A stretch of DNA of 63,264 nt, the filler included, from Octopus bimaculoides (Eukaryota): assembly GCF_001194135.2 (NCBI RefSeq). It is 4 parts of 4 records of this genome, joined end to end, with 100 filler letters (N's around TTAATTAATTAA, not from the genome) between each part and the next. Parts side by side here need not be neighbours in the genome. Positions count along the whole stretch, not along the records: positions 31,688 to 52,663 come from NC_068985.1; positions 52,764 to 60,848 come from NC_068984.1; positions 60,949 to 63,264 come from NC_068988.1; 1 more part is not named here. One strand, written 5' to 3'. This document shows, one piece after another, positions 51,917 through 63,264 of this stretch; the stretch's first letter is position 1, and each line of letters begins with the position of its first letter. The notes under the pieces are model-generated. The model was given only the letters and a program-made list of their open reading frames with translations. It ran no database searches and was not told the DNA's origin. The position numbers were made by a program, and so were the translations under genes.

Positions 51917-52763
51917 ATGCATGTATGTACGTACGTACGAATGTATGTATGTGTATGTATTAAGATGTATGTATTAAGATTTCTCTTAGGCATAACGATA
52001 CTAATAATCTGGCTTTAGAACTCGATAAGCTTCACAACAAAGTGTCAGTTGAGTACAGGGCAGTAATAAGAGATGGGGAATGACAAAGAAATATGAAATT
52101 ATGTCCTCAGGTTCAGGACATACATATATATATATATATATATATANNNNNNNNNNNNNNNNNNNNNNNNNNNNNNNNNNNNNNNNNNNNNNNNNNNNNN
52201 NNNNNNNNNNNNNNNNCTCTTCCGATCTTATATATATACATATGTACATACATACATACATACATACTTACAAACACACGCATATGTGTGTGTGTGTATA
52301 CAGATATAGAGAGATAAGTAGCCCAATAGATCGAAACATAGCCATATTTACGCCGAGACACATACACAGTTCAACACACCTGCACACCTATGCACACTCA
52401 TATATTCTTTCTCTTGTATCTCAGATTCTACGTTTTCGAAATAATTACACCATTCTCTCCATGCTGTAATAGGAAACTATAATGGGTCGACATCAAAAAG
52501 GGAAGCCTGTCATAAAACACTGGAAAAGACCCTGAAACCTATGCCACCATGAAAGAAAGGGGCCGTGAAAACCTACCAAAATGATCATTATTGGTATATG
52601 TGTAAGTGTGTATATGTATGTGTGAACATGAATGTATGCGTGTATGTAATTGTCTGTATATATNNNNNNNNNNNNNNNNNNNNNNNNNNNNNNNNNNNNN
52701 NNNNNNNTTAATTAATTAANNNNNNNNNNNNNNNNNNNNNNNNNNNNNNNNNNNNNNNNNNNN

Positions 52764-52818
<55 letters not shown>

Positions 52819-53294
52819 GCATGCATACACATAGACATATACATGTATGTATATATATATATATATACACACACACACGCACACATATATACATACAACA
52901 TGACTATATAAAAGCACATTTGTTGGTGCGCATGTGTAAGAGTGCATCTTTGGACGTGTGTGTGTGTGTGTGTGTCTATGTTCGTTTGCGAGTGTGTATG
53001 CATATGTGAATGTACATTAGTGCGTGTGTGCGTTTATATATGTTCGCTGAAAGGTGAAATAAATGAAGTGACCCAGTGCCTACTTAGATGTAAGATAGTA
53101 AGTATGGAAGTTCAAACTAAACACAACAGAACAATATCCTCCAACTTGAATCTGATCTTATCTGCATCCCTCTCTTTCTTTGTTTATATACATTAGTCTC
53201 ACTCTCTCTCTATCTTTTCTCTTTAAATATTGGTGTAATTCTTTCAAAGATGTTACTGCATCCTTCGCTTGTTTTACTACAGCCACCATCTATC

Positions 53295-53339
<45 letters not shown>

Positions 53340-54273
53340 NNNNNNNNNNNNNNNNNNNNNNNNNNNNNNNNNNNNNNNNNNNNNNNNNNNNNNNNNNNNN
53401 NNNNNNNNNNNNNNNNNNNNNNNNNNNNNNNNNNNNNNNNNNNNNNNNNNNNNNNNNNNNNNNNNNNNNNNNNNNNNNNNNNNNNNNNNNNNNNNNNNNN
53501 NNNNNNNNNNNNNNNNNNNNNNNNNNNNNNNNNNNNNNNNNNNNNNNNNNNNNNNNNNNNNNNNNNNNNNNNNNNNNNNNNNNNNNNNNNNNNNNNNNNN
53601 NNNNNNNNNNNNNNNNNNNNNNNNNNNNNNNNNNNNNNNNNNNNNNNNNNNNNNNNNNNNNNNNNNNNNNNNNNNNNNNNNNNNNNNNNNNNNNNNNNNN
53701 NNNNNNNNNNNNNNNNNNNNNNNNNNNNNNNNNNNNNNNNNNNNNNNNNNNNNNNNNNNNNNNNNNNNNNNNNNNNNNNNNNNNNNNNNNNNNNNNNNNN
53801 NNNNNNNNNNNNNNNNNNNNNNNNNNNNNNNNNNNNNNNNNNNNNNNNNNNNNNNNNNNNNNNNNNNNNNNNNNNNNNNNNNNNNNNNNNNNNNNNNNNN
53901 NNNNNNNNNNNNNNNNNNNNNNNNNNNNNNNNNNNNNNNNNNNNNNNNNNNNNNNNNNNNNNNNNNNNNNNNNNNNNNNNNNNNNNNNNNNNNNNNNNNN
54001 NNNNNNNNNNNNNNNNNNNNNNNNNNNNNNNNNNNNNNNNNNNNNNNNNNNNNNNNNNNNNNNNNNNNNNNNNNNNNNNNNNNNNNNNNNNNNNNNNNNN
54101 NNNNNNNNNNNNNNNNNNNNNNNNNNNNNNNNNNNNNNNNNNNNNNNNNNNNNNNNNNNNNNNNNNNNNNNNNNNNNNNNNNNNNNNNNNNNNNNNNNNN
54201 NNNNNNNNNNNNNNNNNNNNNNNNNNNNNNNNNNNNNNNNNNNNNNNNNNNNNNNNNNNNNNNNNNNNNNNNN

Positions 54274-54570
54274 TGAACACTCCACAGACACGTATACCCT
54301 TAACGTAGTTCTCAGGGATATTCAGCGTGACACAGAGTGTGACAAGGCTGGCCCCTTTGAATTACAGGCACAAAAGAAACAGGAAGTAAGAGTGAGAGAA
54401 AGTTGTGGTGAAAGAGTACAGCAGGGTTCGCCACCATCTCCTGCCGGAGCCTCATGGAGCTTTAAGTGTTTTCGCTCAATAAACACTCACAACGCCCGGT
54501 CTGGGAATTGAAACCGCGATCCTATGACCGCGAGTCCGCTGCCTTAACCACTGGGCCATTGCGCCTCCAC
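54274..54570 (-). mobile_element. SINE family C (3' end lost in gap)
   Basis: Reverse-complement homologue of 11590-11890. Confidence 0.85.
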
Positions 54571-54884
54571 AGAGAGTATAAATAGATATTACTTAATTAG
54601 AAGGTATAATAGATATTATATAATAGAGGGAAGAAATATATATTACTTAATTAACAAGCTATTAAAAACACAAGTCTATAACAGAGGTTATAGAAGTCAT
54701 TAGCTGTGAGGCTGACGACGTTCGCGTCACACGGTTGTAACACAAACTTTTGAAACATAGTTAGAATTTGCTAAATTATATGCCTGCTCGATCATGGACG
54801 ACCTAGGGCTGAACAACTACTATAGTGACAACAACAGTTGCAACATCCGACTGAAGAACCGCATCTCTTCGCTACGATCTAGAT

Positions 54885-55095
54885 CAGTGCTCCGCAACCT
54901 TTTTTCACTTGCGGTACACTTATATTCTTTACAAAATTCAGTGGCACACCTGAACTAAAAATATAACTAAAAGTTGTTGTTGGCACTCCGTCGCTTACGA
55001 CGACGAGGGTTCCAGTTGATCCGAGAAAAAAAAATCATATTCAGTTACACTGCGGTACACCTAGTATGCCGCAGCATACTGGTTGCGGAGCACTG
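54885..55095. mobile_element. hAT-Charlie-type MITE 1
   Basis: Perfect 15-bp TIRs CAGTGCTCCGCAACC / GGTTGCGGAGCACTG; flanks ATCTAGAT and GTCTAGAC (NTCTAGAN). Confidence 0.85.
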
Positions 55096-55103
55096 GTCTA
55101 GAC

Positions 55104-55782
55104 CAGTGGTTCTCAAACGGGGTCCATGTGACCCTGGGGAGGAGGGGGTCCATGTAAGATTTTGTTGCTAAAATCTATGTACAATAAACTATTTATATTT
55201 CTACTTGTTGGCACTCCGTCGCTTACGACGTCGAGGGTTCCAGTTGATCCGATCAACGGAACAGCCTGCTCGTGAAATTAACGTGCAAGTGGTTGAGCAC
55301 TCCACAGACACGTGTACCCNNNNNNNNNNNNNNNNNNNNNNNNNNNNNNNNNNNNNNNNNNNNNNNNNNNNNNNNNNNNNNNNNNNNNNNNNNNNNNNNN
55401 NNNNNNNNNNNNNNNNNNNNNNNNNNNNNNNNNNNNNNNNNNNNNNNNNNNNNNNNNNNNNNNNNNNNNNNNNNNNNNNNNNNNNNNNNNNNNNNNNNNN
55501 NNNNNNNNNNNNNNNNNNNNNNNNNNNNNNNNNNNNNNNNNNNNNNNNNNNNNNNNNNNNNNNNNNNNNNNNNNNNNNNNNNNNNCGCCTCCATATTTCT
55601 ACTGTACACAAGATATTTAACTTTTTTTTTTTTCTTTTCTACAATTCCTAATAATATTTCATCTTCAATATATAATAGGGGTTTTTAGACGTCGAATGGC
55701 AATGAGGGTTCCCAGCCCCAAGTAAAATAAGAATTAAAGGAGTTCATAAGTGAAAAAAAAAAAAAACGATTGAAAACTACTG
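55104..55782. mobile_element. hAT-Charlie-type MITE 2 containing a SINE
   Basis: CAGTGGTTCTCAA ... TTGAAAACTACTG; flanks GTCTAGAC and GTCTAGGC. Confidence 0.75.
55206..55592 (-). mobile_element. SINE family C with an 11-bp TSD
   Basis: ATATTTCTACT at 55195-55205 and 55593-55603; middle of the SINE lies in an N gap. Confidence 0.85.
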
Positions 55783-56578
55783 GTCTAGGCAGACGGAAAT
55801 CTTGGAAGATGGATTCAGAATAAAAATTTCGAAAACAAGACCCTCCTTCTAATGGTTTCGGAACCTATAATAACCATTACGTATCTGGTCAAACAACAGC
55901 AACAACAACAGTAGCAGAATCGATATTAACAACACCAGCAACAGTTACCACAGTAGTAGGAGAATCAATATCGATAACAACAACCGTTACGTATACGGAG
56001 TAATGCGATAAAAATATCTATCCGGGTAATCAATTTAAATATCGTCATGAGACAATGAGGAATCCATTGTACTACTCGTAAACCGGATGTGTTCCAACCG
56101 GAAGTTATGACTCATTTTGATTGTTATCGAAACATAAGAAAACATTATTTCTATAATGAATAACACGAGAACGAGATTGATATAAAGTGGATTTGAATTT
56201 GATCGTTAACACAGCAGGATTGGATGCATAAATACATAGTATTATATCAATCGTCAGTTCGTTCATTTGTGGTGGTGGTGGTGGTGGTCAGCACCATTAT
56301 AAGGTTAAGATGTATCAATGAACCATGCGTTAGTACAATTAATCCTGATCATAAGGAGAGAAGATTGGCATCAAAATTCGGGATTTCAGTTATGGAAGTA
56401 GTAATTAATGTCTTACTCACGCCATGCATACAAACACACACACACACACACTGTCTCTCTCTCTCTCTCTTTTCCTCTCCGTATGTATATATAGATAGAT
56501 AGATACATACATACATACATACATACATACATGCATACATACATACATACGTACACACATATATAAGACAGATACATA

Positions 56579-56627
<49 letters not shown>

Positions 56628-56994
56628 GCATATATATATATAAATATGCATACACATANNNNNNNNNNNNNNNNNNNNNNNNNNNNNNNNNNNNNNNNNN
56701 NNNNNNNNNNNNNNNNNNNNNNNNNNNNNNNNNNNNNNNNNNNNNNNNNNNNNNNNNNNNNNNNNNNNNNNNNNNNNNNNNNNNNNNNNNNNNNNNNNNN
56801 NNNNNNNNNNNNNNNNNNNNNNNNNNNNNNNNNNNNNNNNNNNNNNNNNNNNNNNNNNNNNNNNNNNNNNNNNNNNNNNNNNNNNNNNNNNNNNNNNNNN
56901 NNNNNNNNNNNNNNNNNNNNNNNNNNNNNNNNNNNNNNNNNNNNNNNNNNNNNNNNNNNNNNNNNNNNNNNNNNNNNNNNNNNNNNNNNNNNNN

Positions 56995-57067
<73 letters not shown>

Positions 57068-57119
57068 GTGTACGTAGTTGTATTTCAATATTAACTTATG
57101 CAACAGTATACGAATTAAG

Positions 57120-57250
57120 TGCCACATTGTTCCAGGTTTAGTCCCATTCTATGGCACCTTGGGCAAGTGTCTTCTACCATAGTCTCTGGCTGACCAAAGC
57201 CTTGTGAATGGATTTGGTAGACGGAAACTGAAAGAAGCCCGTCGTTTATA
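57120..57250 (+). mobile_element. SINE family A 5' half
   Basis: ggcaccttgggcaagtgtcttctac...ggtagacggaaactgaaagaagcccgtcg. Confidence 0.85.
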
Positions 57251-57269
57251 TAGATCGCTAGCCACTACC

Positions 57270-57435
57270 CATTCTTTTTTTTCTCTCCTTGTTTCTTTCT
57301 GTGTTCTTTTCTGCGGAAGAGCGTAGGATTGAAACGTTAAAGACTTTTTCACTTACCGAGCGTTATACTAATACATCTGTTTGTTTTCTACACTACCTGT
57401 CTTCGTTTTTTTTTTTTTGTGAATTCTCCCTATAG
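57270..57435 (+). mobile_element. Short hammerhead-bearing repeat copy (degenerate motif)
   Basis: cttttCTGCGGAAGAGCgtagGATTGAAACGTTaaagac plus the shared tail. Confidence 0.65.
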
Positions 57436-57436
57436 A

Positions 57437-58385
57437 GATGAAAACGAAAATTGAGAAGGAGTACATCAGAAGGGTCAGGAATTTAATGAAGTCAAAGCTA
57501 AATGGTCCGAATTTAGTGAAACTTGTAAATAATTGGGCAGTATCATTACTTAGATACTCAGCAACTTTTGTAGATTGGACAAAAACTGAATTAGCAAAGC
57601 TAGACAGAAGAACTAGGAAGGAATTCAATATGAATGGAGGACTCCTCCCAAGGGCAGGAGTAGCAAGATTATACTTACCTAGAAAGGAAGTTGGAAGAGA
57701 GTTAATATCAGTAGAAGACTGCGTGGAGTTAGCTAGAGTAGATATAAACTCCTATGTAGGTAATTGTGAAGAAAGTTTATAAAAGCTACTAGAGTCTCAG
57801 CAAGATATAGAGAAACCAAAAAGAAAACTAAGTTAATAGCCAGAAAAAAGAACAAAAGCTATTTCACAGGCAGGAGAAGGCTTTGAATGGTAGATTCCCA
57901 AAGATAGTTGCAGCAAACAGTAGACATTGTTATGGTTGCAGAAAAGAAAGCTGAAAAGGGAGACAGAAAGTTTGTTAGTAGCAGCACAAGATCAAACGTT
58001 AAGGACTAACTGGATAAAAGCCAAGATAGACAAAAACCAAGTAAATTCCCAATGTAGGTTATACAAATCAAGAGAGGAAAGTGTTACTCATATAGTAAGT
58101 GAAAGTAGCATGCTGTCACAGAAAGAATACAAGAAAAGACATGACAATCTAGGGAGAGTAATCCACTGAGAGTTATGTAGAAAGCTAGGATTTGACTATA
58201 CTGACAAATGGCATGAACATGAACCTAGTAAAGTACTAGAAAGTAAGAAATATAAGCTGTTGTGGAACTTTAACATAGTAATAGAAGCTAGAAGGCCTGA
58301 TTTAGTAGTAGTAGTAGTAGTAGATAAAGAGAATTGAAAGTCCCAGGTAATTTACTTTAGAGTCCCAAATGATGAAAACATCAAT
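57437..58385 (+). mobile_element. R4/Dong-type LINE fragment 1 (RT thumb, decayed CCHC, start of REL)
   Basis: RRVRNLMKSKLNG..NWAVSLLRYS..RLYLPRK; AAQDQ; CRLY..H..; RHD; LLWNF..RRPDLV; disrupted by stops and frameshifts. Confidence 0.9.
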
Positions 58386-59898
58386 ATGAGCGGTATGGAA
58401 AAAATAGGGGTATTTGAAGGGGACGTAATCAAACATTCAGTGATGAGGGAAAGGATAAGAAGAGAATGTTATCGCAGGGTGAAAGCAATACTGAAGACAG
58501 AGCTGAATGCAAGAAACAGGATCGAAGCAATCAATGCTTTAGCCATACCAGTCATGACTTACAGTTTCAATATCATTAAGTGGTCAATTACTGAAATATG
58601 TAATCTTAACAGAAAAATACGAAAACTGTTGACAATGCATAGAATGCACCACCCTAAGGCAGATACAGAACGACTTTATCTGCCAAGAAAAGAAAAAGAC
58701 CGTGGACCTTTACAACTGGAATTAACAATGAAGATTACCACAATTGGCCTAGACACCTACCTGAAAAACTCTGAGGACTGGATATTAAAGCTTGTCTCAA
58801 AATATGAAAACAAGAAAGCATCATACTCAATAGCAAAACAGGCAAAGGAATATCTAAGTGCATTCCGAATACAACAAATTCCAGAATTAGACGTACTAGA
58901 AACAAGCGCAGAAAAAGCGAAGCGCATGAAAACCCATGCTAAAACTGCTGCCTTAGATATTCTGATTGATTAATGGAAAACCTCTCAATGGCAAATACCC
59001 AAAGAGAGCAAATAATGTCGATGTTGACAAAGGCCTTACCCATCAATGACTAATAGCATCTGGTTTAAAATCAAAAACAGAAAGGTTTATCATAGCAGCC
59101 CAAGATCAATGCCTACCTACAAGGAATTACCAGGCCAACATATTAAAGAACCGAAGCTCCCCAATATGTCGTGTATGTCAACAACAAAAGGAGACCATTG
59201 ATCATGTTGTCTCCATGTGCAGTTTTCTTGCGCCTACAGAGTATCTCAACAGGCATGATAGTGCACAAACCTGGACTTGCCCCATGATAAAAACTGGTGG
59301 GAACACAAACCACCCCCAGTGCTTGAAAATGATCACACCTCACTCCTCTGGAATTTCACCATTCAAACTGACAGAAAGATAGATGTGAACAGGCCAGACA
59401 TCATATTGAAAGACTTCAGACAAAAATCATACCTCCTCATTGATATGACTGTCCCAATCGATATAAACGTATCTGTCAAGACCTACCAAAAACTGAGCAA
59501 ATATAAAGATCTTGAAATAGAAATTAGCAAAATGTGAGACCTAAAGACTAAAACAATACCTGTTGTCATAGGTGCCCTAGGAATGATAGCAAAAGGGGCT
59601 GATTGCTATCTATATCAGATACCAGGAAACCCCAAAATGGCAGAAATTCAAAAGATAGTGCTTATGGGAACTGCCCATATCCTACGTAAAATACTCTAAG
59701 TAATCTCAAATTTTAAAACAAACACATAATTTTCTTATGGTTTCTTAAACATTCTCTAGAACAACACTATGTACAAAACGAAATATATGGTACCTTAGGC
59801 ATAACACCAATATGAACTTCTAACTTGTTGTCTCTTGAGATCTCTGGGTGAGACTTGGAGCCAACTTGTACAAATGCAAAGCAGAAATCAAACATAAC

Positions 59899-59900
<2 letters not shown>
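58386..59900 (+). mobile_element. R4/Dong-type LINE fragment 2 (RT thumb, CCHC, REL endonuclease, 3' UTR) followed by (TA)n(TAA)n
   Basis: YRRVKAILKTELNARNRIEAIN..HHPKADTERLYLPRK; CRVCQQQKETIDHVVSMC; LLWNF..NRPDI..IDMTVP..KLSKYKDL; PVVIGALG; GTAHILRK; contains stops. Confidence 0.92.
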
Positions 59901-59949
<49 letters not shown>

Positions 59950-59974
59950 AATAACGTAATAACTTTCATTAACT

Positions 59975-60118
59975 TATCCATTTACAGTTGAGTGGATAGG
60001 GGGAATGTGGAATGAAGTGTTTTGCATAAGAATACGATTCACCACCTATCTGAGAATCGAAACCGCGATCTAGCGATTGTAAGTGAAATGCTCTAGCCAC
60101 TTGGCCACTCGCCTTCCC
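59975..60118 (-). mobile_element. Diverged SINE family D
   Basis: tgaagtgttttgc...gagaatcgaaaccgcgatc...ccacttggccactcgcc. Confidence 0.65.
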
Positions 60119-60203
60119 ATTCATGGATTATGTGCGTGTATGTGTATGTGTGCGCGCGTGAGTAAGTGCGTGTGTGCGTAAGTGTGCGTGTGTGAGCACA
60201 GAC

Positions 60204-60252
<49 letters not shown>

Positions 60253-61441
60253 CATACATACATACATACATACAAACATACAAACATACATACATACTTG
60301 CATAGATAAATGCATACCTATGTATGGTACTCCTCAAAAATATAAAATCTTATGTCTAAATGTATACGTAGGTGTAATATACGAATATATATATGCATAT
60401 GCATTTACACATACATGCATACATACATGCATATACATATACATACACACAGACATATATGTGTGTGTGTGTGTGTATGTGTGCATGTATGTCTGTGAGT
60501 GTCTGTGTTTTCATATAAGCAGAAATATATTTCTTTCTGAGTGTGATATACATTTTCATTTATTTTATATTCCTTCTCTGCAACACAGCGCATACAAATA
60601 TATCCTACCAAAATTATTCCGAGAATTGTCTGCTACAGTTAATGCATTGAAATATGTTTGTCTATATATGTGCGTGGGGGGGGGGTGTTACAGAGAGAGA
60701 AAAGAAGGAGAAAGTTAGAAAGGAACAGACTATCTTTTATGCACTCAAGTTTTGCAGATCTACATGATTACATGAAACGGAAAAAAAACCTTGGAAATGG
60801 AAAAGACCTTCTTTGTATTAATTCCAAGCGTTTCTCGGTATATGATGTNNNNNNNNNNNNNNNNNNNNNNNNNNNNNNNNNNNNNNNNNNNNTTAATTAA
60901 TTAANNNNNNNNNNNNNNNNNNNNNNNNNNNNNNNNNNNNNNNNNNNNATATATATACTTGTAGTTATTAGTACCGCTGTAGGAATTATGTTCTCAAATA
61001 TCTTTAGAGCAAAGTTAAATTTGGTTCTCAAAATATCAGTAAGGAAATAGTATATAACTTTTTTTGTGGGTTATTTAATCTTGTGATAGTTCAAGTGAAA
61101 TACTGAAACCTATACGTCGGTATAATGCTACAGAAACGAAATTATACTTATGATAGGTGGACTTAGATTTGCTACAGTAGTTACTTTTACTAATGTTAGT
61201 CCTATGCAATGAAAATACACATGTTGCATCTTAACAACCGTAAAGAATGTTCTGTTTGTTTCTGCTTCTGTGAGCATGAATGTAATCAGTATTTTTGATT
61301 TTTATCTTTAACGTAAAGAATTAGCGTTGAAAAATTCTGTGTGCACGCATGTTTTGGTATAGTGCGTATTTCAGCGTGGAATAAGTCTAAATATATGTAG
61401 TATCAAGTATGTCTGAAATACACACGTATGAACACATATAT

Positions 61442-61523
<82 letters not shown>

Positions 61524-61772
61524 TTATACATATATGTACATAATGTACATATGGAACGGTATGAATTGTTTTTATATACATTAAACGTATGTATTGGCAT
61601 GTACTTACGATAACACATCTATCCGCCTTTATATGTGCAAGGGCCTTATGGTATATGTGTGATATTAAAGATATGTAAATAGACAAAAATATACATAAAT
61701 ATATACAAGCACACGTACATATATATAATACATATGAATATATAATTACATGTATATATACATATCTTTTTA

Positions 61773-61842
<70 letters not shown>

Positions 61843-62595
61843 NNNNNNNNNNNNNNNNNNNNNNNNNNNNNNNNNNNNNNNNNNNNNNNNNNNNNNNNNN
61901 NNNNNNNNNNNNNNNNNNNNNNNNNNNNNNNNNNNNNNNNNNNNNNNNNNNNNNNNNNNNNNNNNNNNNNNNNNNNNNNNNNNNNNNNNNNNNNNNNNNN
62001 NNNNNNNNNNNNNNNNNNNNNNNNNNNNNNNNNNNNNNNNNNNNNNNNNNNNNNNNNNNNNNNNNNNNNNNNNNNNNNNNNNNNNNNNNNNNNNNNNNNN
62101 NNNNNNNNNNNNNNNNNNNNNNNNNNNNNNNNNNNNNNNNNNNNNNNNNNNNNNNNNNNNNNNNNNNNNNNNNNNNNNNNNNNNNNNNNNNNNNNNNNNN
62201 NNNNNNNNNNNNNNNNNNNNNNNNNNNNNNNNNNNNNNNNNNNNNNNNNNNNNNNNNNNNNNNNNNNNNNNNNNNNNNNNNNNNNNNNNNNNNNNNNNNN
62301 NNNNNNNNNNNNNNNNNNNNNNNNNNNNNNNNNNNNNNNNNNNNNNNNNNNNNNNNNNNNNNNNNNNNNNNNNNNNNNNNNNNNNNNNNNNNNNNNNNNN
62401 NNNNNNNNNNNNNNNNNNNNNNNNNNNNNNNNNNNNNNNNNNNNNNNNNNNNNNNNNNNNNNNNNNNNNNNNNNNNNNNNNNNNNNNNNNNNNNNNNNNN
62501 NNNNNNNNNNNNNNNNNNNNNNNNNNNNNNNNNNNNNNNNNNNNNNNNNNNNNNNNNNNNNNNNNNNNNNNNNNNNNNNNNNNNNNNNNNNNNNN

Positions 62596-62648
<53 letters not shown>

Positions 62649-63113
62649 ACAAATATGTGTGTATGCACGTTAATATTATAATATTAATATCATCACATGT
62701 TGCATCCATGTTCAAAATTTTAACAAAATTATTAATTTGAAACAAAAGCTCAATTTAGGTATTGATTGAATTTAGGAACTGATTATATTTCCTTGAGATA
62801 CAGCACCATTGTTATATTCACTTGGTTTTAATATCATCCAACTCATGTAGTAGATGTACGCTTTTTGTTTTTAGTAAGCTTACACGCTACAAGCATCAGA
62901 ACAGCCTATAGTATGTGTCTAGCTATAGTGTGAATAAAATGTACACTTAGCTATCACACACATACACACACATATATATACATACGTGCACACACACACA
63001 TATATATATACATACGTGCACACACCGACACATGACGTTCAGCATATACTAACACATGCGTGTACACATGCATGCATCTCTCTTTCCCCCTCTCTCTCCT
63101 TCTCTCTCTCCCT

Positions 63114-63150
<37 letters not shown>

Positions 63151-63264
63151 GGGTCTTTCTGTATACATTCATATATATGCATACGTACACCCCGCTGCAC
63201 ACAAACGTTTATATATCTTTGTCTATGTTCGTATATATATATATATATATATATATAAATATAT

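Overview
Eukaryotic, AT-rich, heavily gapped draft-assembly DNA with dense microsatellites. The SINE families and overall texture match an octopus genome (Octopus bimaculoides-like); this is recognition from memory, not a database result. I find no supportable host protein-coding gene, and nearly all listed ORFs are microsatellite or N-gap artefacts. The window is a transposon graveyard: about 25 tRNA-derived SINE copies or fragments, mariner/Tigger relics, TA-type, hAT-type and Merlin-like MITEs, RTE LINE pieces, several R4/Dong-type RLE LINE relics (two next to TAA/TA repeats), a tRNA-Ala pseudogene and three Penelope-like (GIY-YIG) endonuclease relics. The most interesting signal is a set of candidate type I hammerhead ribozymes in three architectures: a canonical-core minimal one (32617-32661), a long-stem-II one with a palindromic stem III (46782-46857), and a multi-copy ~150-170-bp repeat carrying a variant CUG-UU-GA core and a loop-less ACGU stem III (best copy 32336-32376; others at 13271-13310 and 57305-57344). 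All were folded by eye and are untested.
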